DNA of 64,000 bases from Auanema rhodensis (GCA_964057225.1 CAXKVF010000075.1:124001-188000), one strand, 5' to 3'. Numbered from the stretch's first letter, positions 24,101-40,800 are shown. Translations and numbers: made by a program. Notes: generated by a model not told the origin, from the letters alone.

Positions 24101-27100
24101 CACGTGAAGCGAGTTACATACCAAGTGCACATCACGTGTACATTTAATTAGCATAAATTAAAGTTCACGTAAATTTCAAAGTCATGGTTACCATGAACCA
24201 ATATCAATAAAAATTTGTTTTTAGACTAATATGGACATGGGGAATCTAATTTTGAAAACCGCATTTCTTTATCTTTCACGTGAAGCGAGTTACATACCAA
24301 GAGCACATCACGTGTACATTTAATTAGCATAAATTAAAGTTCACGTAAATTTCAAAGTCATGGTTACCATGAAGCAATATCAATAAAAATTTGTTTTTAG
24401 ACTAATATGGACATGGGGAATCTAATTTTGAAAACCGCATCTCTTTATCTTTCACGTGAAGCGAGTTACATACCAAGTGCACATCACGTGTACATTTAAT
24501 TAGCATAAATTAAAGTTCACGTAAATTTCAAAGTCATGGTTACCATGAAGCAATATCAATAAAAATTTGTTTTTAGACTAATATGGACATGGGAAATCTA
24601 ATTTTGAAAACCGCATATCTTTATCTTTCACGTGAAGCGAGTTACATACCAAGTGCACATCACGTGTACATTTAATTAGCATAAATTAAAGTTCACGCAA
24701 ATTTCAAAGTCATGGTTACCATGAACCAATATCAATAAAAATTTGTTTTTAGACTAATATGGACATGGGGAATCTAATTTTGAAAACCGCATCTCTTTAT
24801 CTTTCACGTGAAGCGAGTTACATACCAAGTGCACATCACGTGTACATTTAATTAGCATAAATTAAAGTTCACGTAAATTTCAAAGTCATGGTTACCATGA
24901 ACTAATATCAATAAAAATTTGTTTTTAGACTAATATGGACATGGGGAATCTAATTTTGAAAACCGCATCTCTTCATCTTTCACGTGAAGCGAGTTACATA
25001 CCAAGTGCACATCACGTGTACATTTAATTAGCATAAATTAAAGTTCACGTAAATTTCAAAGTCATGGTTACCATGCACCAATATCAATAAAAATTTGTTT
25101 TTAGACTAATATGGACATGGGGAATCTAATTTTGAAAACCGCATCTCTTTATCTTTCACGTGAAGCGAGTTACATACCAAGTGCACATCACGTGTACATT
25201 TAATTAGCATAAATTAAAGTTCACGTAAATTTCAAAGTCATGGTTACCATGCACCAATATCAATAAAAATTTGTTTTTAGACTAATATGGACATGGGGAA
25301 TCTAATTTTGAAAACCGCATCTCTTTATCTTTCACGTGAAGCGAGTTACATACCAAGTGCACATCACGTGTACATTTAATTAGCATAAATTAAAGTTCAC
25401 GTAAATTTCAAAGTCATGGTTACCATGCACCAATATCAATAAAAATTTGTTTTTAGACTAATATGGACATGGGGAATCTAATTTTGAAAACCGCATCTCT
25501 TTATCTTTCACGTGAAGCGAGTTACATACCAAGTGCACATCACGTGTACATTTAATTAGCATAAATTAAAGTTCACGTAAATTTCAAAGTCATGGTTACC
25601 ATGCACCAATATCAATAAAAATTTGTTTTTAGACTAATATGGACATGGGGAATCTAATTTTGAAAACCGCATCTCTTTATCTTTCACGTGAAGCGAGTTA
25701 CATACCAAGTGCACATCACGTGTACATTTAATTAGCATAAATTAAAGTTCACGTAAATTTCAAAGTCATGGTTACCATGAACCAATATCAATAAAAATTT
25801 GTTTTTAGACTAATATGGACATGGGGAATCTAATTTTGAAAACCGCATCTCTTTATCTTTCACGTGAAGCGAGTTACATACCAAGTGCACATCACGTGTA
25901 CATTTAATTAGCATAAATTAAAGTTCACGTAAATTTCAAAGTCATGGTTACCATGAACCAATATCAATAAAAATTTGTTTTTAGACTAATATGGACATGG
26001 GGAATCTAATTTTGAAAACCGCATCTCTTTATCTTTCACGTGAAGCGAGTTACATACCAAGTGCACATCACGTGTACATTTAATTAGCATAAATTAAAGT
26101 TCACGTAAATTTCAAAGTCATGGTTACCATGAACCAATATCAATGAAAATTTGTTTTTAGACTAATATGGACATGGGGAATCTAATTTTGAAAACCGCAT
26201 TTCTTTATCTTTCACGTGAAGCGAGTTACATACCAAGTGCACATCACGTGTACATTTAATTAGCATAAATTAAAGTTCACGTAAAATTCAAAGTCATGGT
26301 TACCATGAACCAATATCAATAAAAATTTGTTTTTAGACTAATATGGACATGGGGAATCTAATTTTGAAAACCGCATCTCTTTATCTTTCACGTGAAGCGA
26401 GTTACATACCAAGTGCACATCACGTGTACATTTAATTAGCATAAATTAAAGTTCACGTAAATTTCAAAGTCATGGTTACCATGAAGCAATATCAATAAAA
26501 ATTTGTTTTTAGACTAATATGGACATGGGGAATCTAATTTTGAAAACCGCATCTCTTTATCTTTCACGTGAAGCGAGTTACATACCAAGTGCACATCACG
26601 TGTACATTTAATTAGCATTAATTAAAGTTCACGTAAATTTCAAAGTCATGGTTACCATGAACCAATATCAATAAAAATTTGTTTTTGACTAATATGGACA
26701 TGGGGAATCTAATTTTGAAAACCGCATCTCTTTATCTTTCACGTGAAGCGAGTTACATACCAAGTGCACATCACGTGTACATTTAATTAGCATAAATTAA
26801 AGTTCACGTAAATTTCAAAGTCATGGTTACCATGAACTAATATCAATAAAAATTTGTTTTTAGACTAATATGGACATGGGGAATCTAATTTTGAAAACCG
26901 CATCTCTTTATCTTTCACGTGAAGCGAGTTACATACCAAGTGCACATCACGTGTACATTTAATTAGCATAAATTAAAGTTCACGTAAATTTCAAAGTCAT
27001 GGTTACCATGAACCAATATCAATAAAAATTTGTTTTTAGACTAATATGGACATGGGGAATCTAATTTTGAAAACCGCATCTCTTTATCTTTTACGTGAAG

Positions 27101-27538
27101 CGAGTTACATACCAAGTGCACATCACGTGTACATTTAATTAGCATAAATTAAAGTTCACGTAAATTTCAAAGTCATGGTTACCATGAAGCAATATCAATA
27201 AAAGTTTGTTTTTAGACTAATATGGACATGGGGAATCTAATTTTGAAAACCGCATCTCTTTATCTTTCACGTGAAGCGAGTTACATACCAAGTGCACATC
27301 ACGTGTACATTTAATTAGCATTAATTAAAGTTCACGTAAATTTCAAAGTCATGGTTACCATGAACCAATATCAATAAAAATTTGTTTTTAGACTAATATG
27401 GACATGGGGAATCTAATTTTGAAAACCGCATCTCTTTATCTTTCACGTGAAGCGAGTTACATACCAAGTGCACATCACGTGTACATTTAATTAGCATTAA
27501 TTAAAGTTCACGTAAATTTCAAAGTCATGGTTACCATG

Positions 27539-27587
27539 AACCAATAAAATTAAAGTTCACGTAAATTTCAAAGTCATGGTTACCATG
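27539..27587 (+). repeat. Truncated 49-bp satellite unit (monomer positions 1-8 joined to 136-176)
   Basis: aaccaata|aaattaaagttcacgtaaatttcaaagtcatggttaccatg; the next full monomer starts at 27588. Confidence 0.93.
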
Positions 27588-30500
27588 AACCAATATCAAT
27601 AAAAATTTGTTTTTAGACTAATATGGACATGGGGAATCTAATTTTGAAAACCGCATCTCTTTATCTTTCACGTGAAGCGAGTTACATACCAAGTGCACAT
27701 CACGTGTACATTTAATTAGCATTAATTAAAGTTCACGTAAATTTCAAAGTCATGGTTACCATGAACCAATATCAATAAAAATTTGTTTTTGACTAATATG
27801 GACATGGGGAATCTAATTTTGAAAACCGCATCTCTTTATCTTTCACGTGAAGCGAGTTACATACCAAGTGCACATCACGTGTACATTTAATTAGCATAAA
27901 TTAAAGTTCACGTAAATTTCAAAGTCATGGTTACCATGAACTAATATCAATAAAAATTTGTTTTTAGACTAATATGGACATGGGGAATCTAATTTTGAAA
28001 ACCGCATCTCTTTATCTTTCACGTGAAGCGAGTTACATACCAAGTGCACATCACGTGTACATTTAATTAGCATTAATTAAAGTTCACGTAAATTTCAAAG
28101 TCATGGTTACCATGAACCAATATCAATAAAAATTTGTTTTTGACTAATATGGACATGGGGAATCTAATTTTGAAAACCGCATCTCTTTATCTTTCACGTG
28201 AAGCGAGTTACATACCAAGTGCACATCACGTGTACATTTAATTAGCATAAATTAAAGTTCACGTAAATTTCAAAGTCATGGTTACCATGAACTAATATCA
28301 ATAAAAATTTGTTTTTAGACTAATATGGACATGGGGAATCTAATTTTGAAAACCGCATCTCTTTATCTTTCACGTGAAGCGAGTTACATACCAAGTGCAC
28401 ATCACGTGTACATTTAATTAGCATAAATTAAAGTTCACGTAAATTTCAAAGTCATGGTTACCATGAAGCAATATCAATAAAAGTTTGTTTTTAGACTAAT
28501 ATGGACATGGGGAATCTAATTTTGAAAACCGCATCTCTTTATCTTTCACGTGAAGCGAGTTACATACCAAGTGCACATCACGTGTACATTTAATTAGCAT
28601 TAATTAAAGTTCACGTAAATTTCAAAGTCATGGTTACCATGAACTAATATCAATAAAAATTTGTTTTTAGACTAATATGGACATGGGGAATCTAATTTTG
28701 AAAACCGCATCTCTTTATCTTTCACGTGAAGCGAGTTACATACCAAGTGCACATCACGTGTACATTTAATTAGCATAAATTAAAGTTCACGTAAATTTCA
28801 AAGTCATGGTTACCATGAACCAATATCAATAAAAATTTGTTTTTAGACTAATATGGACATGGGGAATCTAATTTTGAAAACCGCATCTCTTTATCTTTCA
28901 CGTGAAGCGAGTTACATACCAAGTGCACATCACGTGTACATTTAATTAGCATAAATTAAAGTTCACGGAAATTTCAAAGTCATGGTTACCATGAACCAAT
29001 ATCAATAAAAATTTGTTTTTAGACTAATATGGACATGGGGAATCTAATTTTGAAAACCGCATCTCTTTATCTTTCACGTGAAGCGAGTTACATACCAAGT
29101 GCACATCACGTGTACATTTAATTAGCATAAATTAAAGTTCACGTAAATTTCAAAGTCATGGTTACCATGAACCAATATCAATAAAAATTTGTTTTTAGAC
29201 TAATATGGACATGGGGAATCTAATTTTGAAAACCGCATCTCTTTATCTTTCACGTGAAGCGAGTTACATACCAAGTGCACATCACGTGTACATTTAATTA
29301 GCATAAATTAAAGTTCACGTAAATTTCAAAGTCATGGTTACCATGAACCAATATCAATAAAAATTTGTTTTTAGACTAATATGGACATGGGGAATCTAAT
29401 TTTGAAAACCGCATCTCTTTATCTTTCACGTGAAGCGAGTTACATACCAAGTGCACATCACGTGTACATTTAATTAGCATAAATTAAAGTTCACGTAAAT
29501 TTCAAAGTCATGGTTACCATGAACTAATATCAATAAAAATTTGTTTTTAGACTAATATGGACATGGGGAATCTAATTTTGAAAACCGCATCTCTTTATCT
29601 TTCACGTGAAGCGAGTTACATACCAAGTGCACATCACGTGTACATTTAATTAGCATAAATTAAAGTTCACGTAAATTTCAAAGTCATGGTTACCATGAAG
29701 CAATATCAATAAAAGTTTGTTTTTAGACTAATATGGACATGGGGAATCTAATTTTGAAAACCGCATCTCTTTATCTTTCACGTGAAGCGAGTTACATACC
29801 AAGTGCACATCACGTGTACATTTAATTAGCATTAATTAAAGTTCACGTAAATTTCAAAGTCATGGTTACCATGAACTAATATCAATAAAAATTTGTTTTT
29901 AGACTAATATGGACATGGGGAATCTAATTTTGAAAACCGCATCTCTTTATCTTTCACGTGAAGCGAGTTACATACCAAGTGCACATCACGTGTACATTTA
30001 ATTAGCATAAATTAAAGTTCACGTAAATTTCAAAGTCATGGTTACCATTAACCAATATCAATAAAAATTTGTTTTTAGACTAATATGGACATGGGGAATC
30101 TAATTTTGAAAACCGCATCTCTTTATCTTTCACGTGAAGCGAGTTACATACCAAGTGCACATCACGTGTACATTTAATTAGCATAAATTAAAGTTCACGG
30201 AAATTTCAAAGTCATGGTTACCATGAACCAATATCAATAAAAATTTGTTTTTAGACTAATATGGACATGGGGAATCTAATTTTGAAAACCGCATCTCTTT
30301 ATCTTTCACGTGAAGCGAGTTACATACCAAGTGCACATCACGTGTACATTTAATTAGCATAAATTAAAGTTCACGTAAATTTCAAAGTCATGGTTACCAT
30401 GAACCAATATCAATAAAAATTTGTTTTTAGACTAATATGGACATGGGGAATCTAATTTTGAAAACCGCATCTCTTTATCTTTCACGTGAAGCGAGTTACA

Positions 30501-33500
30501 TACCAAGTGCACATCACGTGTACATTTAATTAGCATAAATTAAAGTTCACGTAAATTTCAAAGTCATGGTTACCATGAACCAATATCAATAAAAATTTGT
30601 TTTTAGACTAATATGGACATGGGGAATCTAATTTTGAAAACCGCATCTCTTTATCTTTCACGTGAAGCGAGTTACATACCAAGTGCACATCACGTGTACA
30701 TTTAATTAGCATAAATTAAAGTTCACGTAAATTTCAAAGTCATGGTTACCATGAACTAATATCAATAAAAATTTGTTTTTAGACTAATATGGACATGGGG
30801 AATCTAATTTTGAAAACCGCATCTCTTTATCTTTCACGTGAAGCGAGTTACATACCAAGTGCACATCACGTGTACATTTAATTAGCATAAATTAAAGTTC
30901 ACGTAAATTTCAAAGTCATGGTTACCATGAAGCAATATCAATAAAAGTTTGTTTTTAGACTAATATGGACATGGGGAATCTAATTTTGAAAACCGCATCT
31001 CTTTATCTTTCACGTGAAGCGAGTTACATACCAAGTGCACATCACGTGTACATTTAATTAGCATTAATTAAAGTTCACGTAAATTTCAAAGTCATGGTTA
31101 CCATGAACTAATATCAATAAAAATTTGTTTTTAGACTAATATGGACATGGGGAATCTAATTTTGAAAACCGCATCTCTTTATCTTTCACGTGAAGCGAGT
31201 TACATACCAAGTGCACATCACGTGTACATTTAATTAGCATAAATTAAAGTTCACGTAAATTTCAAAGTCATGGTTACCATGAAGCAATATCAATAAAAGT
31301 TTGTTTTTAGACTAATATGGACATGGGGAATCTAATTTTGAAAACCGCATCTCTTTATCTTTCACGTGAAGCGAGTTACATACCAAGTGCACATCACGTG
31401 TACATTTAATTAGCATTAATTAAAGTTCACGTAAATTTCAAAGTCATGGTTACCATGAACTAATATCAATAAAAATTTGTTTTTAGACTAATATGGACAT
31501 GGGGAATCTAATTTTGAAAACCGCATCTCTTTATCTTTCACGTGAAGCGAGTTACATACCAAGTGCACATCACGTGTACATTTAATTAGCATAAATTAAA
31601 GTTCACGTAAATTTCAAAGTCATGGTTACCATTAACCAATATCAATAAAAATTTGTTTTTAGACTAATATGGACATGGGGAATCTAATTTTGAAAACCGC
31701 ATCTCTTTATCTTTCACGTGAAGCGAGTTACATACCAAGTGCACATCACGTGTACATTTAATTAGCATAAATTAAAGTTCACGGAAATTTCAAAGTCATG
31801 GTTACCATGAACCAATATCAATAAAAATTTGTTTTTAGACTAATATGGACATGGGGAATCTAATTTTGAAAACCGCATCTCTTTATCTTTCACGTGAAGC
31901 GAGTTACATACCAAGTGCACATCACGTGTACATTTAATTAGCATAAATTAAAGTTCACGTAAATTTCAAAGTCATGGTTACCATGAACCAATATCAATAA
32001 AAATTTGTTTTTAGACTAATATGGACATGGGGAATCTAATTTTGAAAACCGCATCTCTTTATCTTTCACGTGAAGCGAGTTACATACCAAGTGCACATCA
32101 CGTGTACATTTAATTAGCATAAATTAAAGTTCACGTAAATTTCAAAGTCATGGTTACCATGAACCAATATCAATAAAAATTTGTTTTTAGACTAATATGG
32201 ACATGGGGAATCTAATTTTGAAAACCGCATCTCTTTATCTTTCACGTGAAGCGAGTTACATACCAAGTGCACATCACGTGTACATTTAATTAGCATAAAT
32301 TAAAGTTCACGTAAATTTCAAAGTCATGGTTACCATGCACCAATATCAATAAAAATTTGTTTTTAGACTAATATGGACATGGGGAATCTAATTTTGAAAA
32401 CCGCATCTCTTTATCTTTCACGTGAAGCGAGTTACATACCAAGTGCACATCACGTGTACATTTAATTAGCATAAATTAAAGTTCACGTAAATTTCAAAGT
32501 CATGGTTACCATGAACCAATATCAATAAAAATTTGTTTTTAGACTAATATCGACATGGGGAATCTAATTTTGAAAACCGCATCTCTTCATCTTTCACGTG
32601 AAGCGAGTTACATACCAAGTACACATCACGTGTACATTTAATTAGCATAAATTAAAGTTCACGTAAATTTCAAAGTCATGGTTACCATGCACAAATATCA
32701 AAAAAATTTGTTTTTAGACTAATATGGACATGGGGAATCTAATTTTGAAAACCGCATCTCTTTATCTTTCACGTGAAGCGAGTTACATACCAAGTGCACA
32801 TCACGTGTACATTTAATTAGCATAAATTAAAGTTCACGTAAATTTCAAAGTCATGGTTACCATGCACCAATATCAATAAAAATTTGTTTTTAGACTAATA
32901 TGGACATGGGGAATCTAATTTTGAAAACCGCATCTCTTTATCTTTCACGTGGAGCGAGTTACATACCAAGTGCACATCACGTGTACATTTAATTAGCATA
33001 AATTAAAGTTCACGTAAATTTCAAAGTCATGGTTACCATGAAGCAATATCAATAAAAATTTGTTTTTAGACTAATATGGACATGGGGAATCTAATTTTGA
33101 AAACCGCATCTCTTTATCTTTCACGTGAAGCGAGTTACATACCAAGTGCACATCACGTGTACATTTAATTAGCATAAATTAAAGTTCACGTAAATTTCAA
33201 AGTCATGGTTACCATGAAGCAATATCAATAAAAATTTGTTTTTAGACTAATATGGACATGGGGAATCTAATTTTGAAAACCGCATCTCTTTATCTTTCAC
33301 GTGAAGCGAGTTACATACCAAGTGCACATCACGTGTACATTTAATTAGCATAAATTAAAGTTCACGTAAATTTCAAAGTCATGGTTACCATGAACCAATA
33401 TCAATAAAAATTTGTTTTTAGACTAATATGGACATGGGGAATCTAATTTTGAAAACCGCATTTCTTTATCTTTCACGTGAAGCGAGTTACATACCAAGAG

Positions 33501-36500
33501 CACATCACGTGTACATTTAATTAGCATAAATTAAAGTTCACGTAAATTTCAAAGTCATGGTTACCATGAACCAATATCAATAAAAATTTGTTTTTAGACT
33601 AATATGGACATGGGGAATCTAATTTTGAAAACCGCATCTCTTTATCTTTCACGTGAAGCGAGTTACATACCAAGTGCACATCACGTGTACATTTAATTAG
33701 CATAAATTAAAGTTCACGTAAATTTCAAAGTCATGGTTACCATGCACCAATATCAATAAAAATTTGTTTTTAGACTAATATGGACATGGGGAATCTAATT
33801 TTGAAAACCGCATCTCTTTATCTTTCACGTGAAGCGAGTTACATACCAAGTGCACATCACGTGTACATTTAATTAGCATAAATTAAAGTTCACGTAAATT
33901 TCAAAGTCATGGTTACCATGAACCAATATCAATAAAAATTTGTTTTTAGACTAATATCGACATGGGGAATCTAATTTTGAAAACCGCATCTCTTCATCTT
34001 TCACGTGAAGCGAGTTACATACCAAGTACACATCACGTGTACATTTAATTAGCATAAATTAAAGTTCACGTAAATTTCAAAGTCATGGTTACCATGCACA
34101 AATATCAAAAAAATTTGTTTTTAGACTAATATGGACATGGGGAATCTAATTTTGAAAACCGCATCTCTTTATCTTTCACGTGAAGCGAGTTACATACCAA
34201 GTGCACATCACGTGTACATTTAATTAGCATAAATTAAAGTTCACGTAAATTTCAAAGTCATGGTTACCATGCACCAATATCAATAAAAATTTGTTTTTAG
34301 ACTAATATGGACATGGGGAATCTAATTTTGAAAACCGCATCTCTTTATCTTTCACGTGGAGCGAGTTACATACCAAGTGCACATCACGTGTACATTTAAT
34401 TAGCATAAATTAAAGTTCACGTAAATTTCAAAGTCATGGTTACCATGAAGCAATATCAATAAAAATTTGTTTTTAGACTAATATGGACATGGGGAATCTA
34501 ATTTTGAAAACCGCATCTCTTTATCTTTCACGTGAAGCGAGTTACATACCAAGTGCACATCACGTGTACATTTAATTAGCATAAATTAAAGTTCACGTAA
34601 ATTTCAAAGTCATGGTTACCATGAAGCAATATCAATAAAAATTTGTTTTTAGACTAATATGGACATGGGGAATCTAATTTTGAAAACCGCATCTCTTTAT
34701 CTTTCACGTGAAGCGAGTTACATACCAAGTGCACATCACGTGTACATTTAATTAGCATAAATTAAAGTTCACGTAAATTTCAAAGTCATGGTTACCATGA
34801 ACCAATATCAATAAAAATTTGTTTTTAGACTAATATGGACATGGGGAATCTAATTTTGAAAACCGCATTTCTTTATCTTTCACGTGAAGCGAGTTACATA
34901 CCAAGAGCACATCACGTGTACATTTAATTAGCATAAATTAAAGTTCACGTAAATTTCAAAGTCATGGTTACCATGAAGCAATATCAATAAAAATTTGTTT
35001 TTAGACTAATATGGACATGGGGAATCTAATTTTGAAAACCGCATCTCTTTATCTTTCACGTGAAGCGAGTTACATACCAAGTGCACATCACGTGTACATT
35101 TAATTAGCATAAATTAAAGTTCACGTAAATTTCAAAGTCATGGTTACCATGAAGCAATATCAATAAAAATTTGTTTTTAGACTAATATGGACATGGGAAA
35201 TCTAATTTTGAAAACCGCATATCTTTATCTTTCACGTGAAGCGAGTTACATACCAAGTGCACATCACGTGTACATTTAATTAGCATAAATTAAAGTTCAC
35301 GCAAATTTCAAAGTCATGGTTACCATGAACCAATATCAATAAAAATTTGTTTTTAGACTAATATGGACATGGGGAATCTAATTTTGAAAACCGCATCTCT
35401 TTATCTTTCACGTGAAGCGAGTTACATACCAAGTGCACATCACGTGTACATTTAATTAGCATAAATTAAAGTTCACGTAAATTTCAAAGTCATGGTTACC
35501 ATGAACTAATATCAATAAAAATTTGTTTTTAGACTAATATGGACATGGGGAATCTAATTTTGAAAACCGCATCTCTTCATCTTTCACGTGAAGCGAGTTA
35601 CATACCAAGTGCACATCACGTGTACATTTAATTAGCATAAATTAAAGTTCACGTAAATTTCAAAGTCATGGTTACCATGCACCAATATCAATAAAAATTT
35701 GTTTTTAGACTAATATGGACATGGGGAATCTAATTTTGAAAACCGCATCTCTTTATCTTTCACGTGAAGCGAGTTACATACCAAGTGCACATCACGTGTA
35801 CATTTAATTAGCATAAATTAAAGTTCACGTAAATTTCAAAGTCATGGTTACCATGCACCAATATCAATAAAAATTTGTTTTTAGACTAATATGGACATGG
35901 GGAATCTAATTTTGAAAACCGCATCTCTTTATCTTTCACGTGAAGCGAGTTACATACCAAGTGCACATCACGTGTACATTTAATTAGCATAAATTAAAGT
36001 TCACGTAAATTTCAAAGTCATGGTTACCATGCACCAATATCAATAAAAATTTGTTTTTAGACTAATATGGACATGGGGAATCTAATTTTGAAAACCGCAT
36101 CTCTTTATCTTTCACGTGAAGCGAGTTACATACCAAGTGCACATCACGTGTACATTTAATTAGCATAAATTAAAGTTCACGTAAATTTCAAAGTCATGGT
36201 TACCATGCACCAATATCAATAAAAATTTGTTTTTAGACTAATATGGACATGGGGAATCTAATTTTGAAAACCGCATCTCTTTATCTTTCACGTGAAGCGA
36301 GTTACATACCAAGTGCACATCACGTGTACATTTAATTAGCATAAATTAAAGTTCACGTAAATTTCAAAGTCATGGTTACCATGAACCAATATCAATAAAA
36401 ATTTGTTTTTAGACTAATATGGACATGGGGAATCTAATTTTGAAAACCGCATCTCTTTATCTTTCACGTGAAGCGAGTTACATACCAAGTGCACATCACG

Positions 36501-37791
36501 TGTACATTTAATTAGCATAAATTAAAGTTCACGTAAATTTCAAAGTCATGGTTACCATGAACCAATATCAATAAAAATTTGTTTTTAGACTAATATGGAC
36601 ATGGGGAATCTAATTTTGAAAACCGCATCTCTTTATCTTTCACGTGAAGCGAGTTACATACCAAGTGCACATCACGTGTACATTTAATTAGCATAAATTA
36701 AAGTTCACGTAAATTTCAAAGTCATGGTTACCATGAACCAATATCAATGAAAATTTGTTTTTAGACTAATATGGACATGGGGAATCTAATTTTGAAAACC
36801 GCATTTCTTTATCTTTCACGTGAAGCGAGTTACATACCAAGTGCACATCACGTGTACATTTAATTAGCATAAATTAAAGTTCACGTAAAATTCAAAGTCA
36901 TGGTTACCATGAACCAATATCAATAAAAATTTGTTTTTAGACTAATATGGACATGGGGAATCTAATTTTGAAAACCGCATCTCTTTATCTTTCACGTGAA
37001 GCGAGTTACATACCAAGTGCACATCACGTGTACATTTAATTAGCATAAATTAAAGTTCACGTAAATTTCAAAGTCATGGTTACCATGAACTAATATCAAT
37101 AAAAATTTGTTTTTAGACTAATATGGACATGGGGAATCTAATTTTGAAAACCGCATCTCTTTATCTTTCACGTGAAGCGAGTTACATACCAAGTGCACAT
37201 CACGTGTACATTTAATTAGCATAAATTAAAGTTCACGTAAATTTCAAAGTCATGGTTACCATGAACCAATATCAATAAAAATTTGTTTTTAGACTAATAT
37301 GGACATGGGGAATCTAATTTTGAAAACCGCATCTCTTTATCTTTTACGTGAAGCGAGTTACATACCAAGTGCACATCACGTGTACATTTAATTAGCATAA
37401 ATTAAAGTTCACGTAAATTTCAAAGTCATGGTTACCATGAAGCAATATCAATAAAAGTTTGTTTTTAGACTAATATGGACATGGGGAATCTAATTTTGAA
37501 AACCGCATCTCTTTATCTTTCACGTGAAGCGAGTTACATACCAAGTGCACATCACGTGTACATTTAATTAGCATTAATTAAAGTTCACGTAAATTTCAAA
37601 GTCATGGTTACCATGAACCAATATCAATAAAAATTTGTTTTTAGACTAATATGGACATGGGGAATCTAATTTTGAAAACCGCATCTCTTTATCTTTCACG
37701 TGAAGCGAGTTACATACCAAGTGCACATCACGTGTACATTTAATTAGCATTAATTAAAGTTCACGTAAATTTCAAAGTCATGGTTACCATG

Positions 37792-37840
37792 AACCAATAA
37801 AATTAAAGTTCACGTAAATTTCAAAGTCATGGTTACCATG
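37792..37840 (+). repeat. Second copy of the truncated 49-bp satellite unit
   Basis: Same junction as 27539-27587; the next monomer starts at 37841. Confidence 0.93.
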
Positions 37841-40800
37841 AACCAATATCAATAAAAATTTGTTTTTAGACTAATATGGACATGGGGAATCTAATTTTGA
37901 AAACCGCATCTCTTTATCTTTCACGTGAAGCGAGTTACATACCAAGTGCACATCACGTGTACATTTAATTAGCATTAATTAAAGTTCACGTAAATTTCAA
38001 AGTCATGGTTACCATGAACCAATATCAATAAAAATTTGTTTTTGACTAATATGGACATGGGGAATCTAATTTTGAAAACCGCATCTCTTTATCTTTCACG
38101 TGAAGCGAGTTACATACCAAGTGCACATCACGTGTACATTTAATTAGCATAAATTAAAGTTCACGTAAATTTCAAAGTCATGGTTACCATGAACTAATAT
38201 CAATAAAAATTTGTTTTTAGACTAATATGGACATGGGGAATCTAATTTTGAAAACCGCATCTCTTTATCTTTCACGTGAAGCGAGTTACATACCAAGTGC
38301 ACATCACGTGTACATTTAATTAGCATTAATTAAAGTTCACGTAAATTTCAAAGTCATGGTTACCATGAACCAATATCAATAAAAATTTGTTTTTGACTAA
38401 TATGGACATGGGGAATCTAATTTTGAAAACCGCATCTCTTTATCTTTCACGTGAAGCGAGTTACATACCAAGTGCACATCACGTGTACATTTAATTAGCA
38501 TAAATTAAAGTTCACGTAAATTTCAAAGTCATGGTTACCATGAACTAATATCAATAAAAATTTGTTTTTAGACTAATATGGACATGGGGAATCTAATTTT
38601 GAAAACCGCATCTCTTTATCTTTCACGTGAAGCGAGTTACATACCAAGTGCACATCACGTGTACATTTAATTAGCATAAATTAAAGTTCACGTAAATTTC
38701 AAAGTCATGGTTACCATGAAGCAATATCAATAAAAGTTTGTTTTTAGACTAATATGGACATGGGGAATCTAATTTTGAAAACCGCATCTCTTTATCTTTC
38801 ACGTGAAGCGAGTTACATACCAAGTGCACATCACGTGTACATTTAATTAGCATTAATTAAAGTTCACGTAAATTTCAAAGTCATGGTTACCATGAACTAA
38901 TATCAATAAAAATTTGTTTTTAGACTAATATGGACATGGGGAATCTAATTTTGAAAACCGCATCTCTTTATCTTTCACGTGAAGCGAGTTACATACCAAG
39001 TGCACATCACGTGTACATTTAATTAGCATAAATTAAAGTTCACGTAAATTTCAAAGTCATGGTTACCATGAACCAATATCAATAAAAATTTGTTTTTAGA
39101 CTAATATGGACATGGGGAATCTAATTTTGAAAACCGCATCTCTTTATCTTTCACGTGAAGCGAGTTACATACCAAGTGCACATCACGTGTACATTTAATT
39201 AGCATAAATTAAAGTTCACGGAAATTTCAAAGTCATGGTTACCATGAACCAATATCAATAAAAATTTGTTTTTAGACTAATATGGACATGGGGAATCTAA
39301 TTTTGAAAACCGCATCTCTTTATCTTTCACGTGAAGCGAGTTACATACCAAGTGCACATCACGTGTACATTTAATTAGCATAAATTAAAGTTCACGTAAA
39401 TTTCAAAGTCATGGTTACCATGAACCAATATCAATAAAAATTTGTTTTTAGACTAATATGGACATGGGGAATCTAATTTTGAAAACCGCATCTCTTTATC
39501 TTTCACGTGAAGCGAGTTACATACCAAGTGCACATCACGTGTACATTTAATTAGCATAAATTAAAGTTCACGTAAATTTCAAAGTCATGGTTACCATGAA
39601 CCAATATCAATAAAAATTTGTTTTTAGACTAATATGGACATGGGGAATCTAATTTTGAAAACCGCATCTCTTTATCTTTCACGTGAAGCGAGTTACATAC
39701 CAAGTGCACATCACGTGTACATTTAATTAGCATAAATTAAAGTTCACGTAAATTTCAAAGTCATGGTTACCATGAACTAATATCAATAAAAATTTGTTTT
39801 TAGACTAATATGGACATGGGGAATCTAATTTTGAAAACCGCATCTCTTTATCTTTCACGTGAAGCGAGTTACATACCAAGTGCACATCACGTGTACATTT
39901 AATTAGCATAAATTAAAGTTCACGTAAATTTCAAAGTCATGGTTACCATGAAGCAATATCAATAAAAGTTTGTTTTTAGACTAATATGGACATGGGGAAT
40001 CTAATTTTGAAAACCGCATCTCTTTATCTTTCACGTGAAGCGAGTTACATACCAAGTGCACATCACGTGTACATTTAATTAGCATTAATTAAAGTTCACG
40101 TAAATTTCAAAGTCATGGTTACCATGAACTAATATCAATAAAAATTTGTTTTTAGACTAATATGGACATGGGGAATCTAATTTTGAAAACCGCATCTCTT
40201 TATCTTTCACGTGAAGCGAGTTACATACCAAGTGCACATCACGTGTACATTTAATTAGCATAAATTAAAGTTCACGTAAATTTCAAAGTCATGGTTACCA
40301 TTAACCAATATCAATAAAAATTTGTTTTTAGACTAATATGGACATGGGGAATCTAATTTTGAAAACCGCATCTCTTTATCTTTCACGTGAAGCGAGTTAC
40401 ATACCAAGTGCACATCACGTGTACATTTAATTAGCATAAATTAAAGTTCACGGAAATTTCAAAGTCATGGTTACCATGAACCAATATCAATAAAAATTTG
40501 TTTTTAGACTAATATGGACATGGGGAATCTAATTTTGAAAACCGCATCTCTTTATCTTTCACGTGAAGCGAGTTACATACCAAGTGCACATCACGTGTAC
40601 ATTTAATTAGCATAAATTAAAGTTCACGTAAATTTCAAAGTCATGGTTACCATGAACCAATATCAATAAAAATTTGTTTTTAGACTAATATGGACATGGG
40701 GAATCTAATTTTGAAAACCGCATCTCTTTATCTTTCACGTGAAGCGAGTTACATACCAAGTGCACATCACGTGTACATTTAATTAGCATAAATTAAAGTT

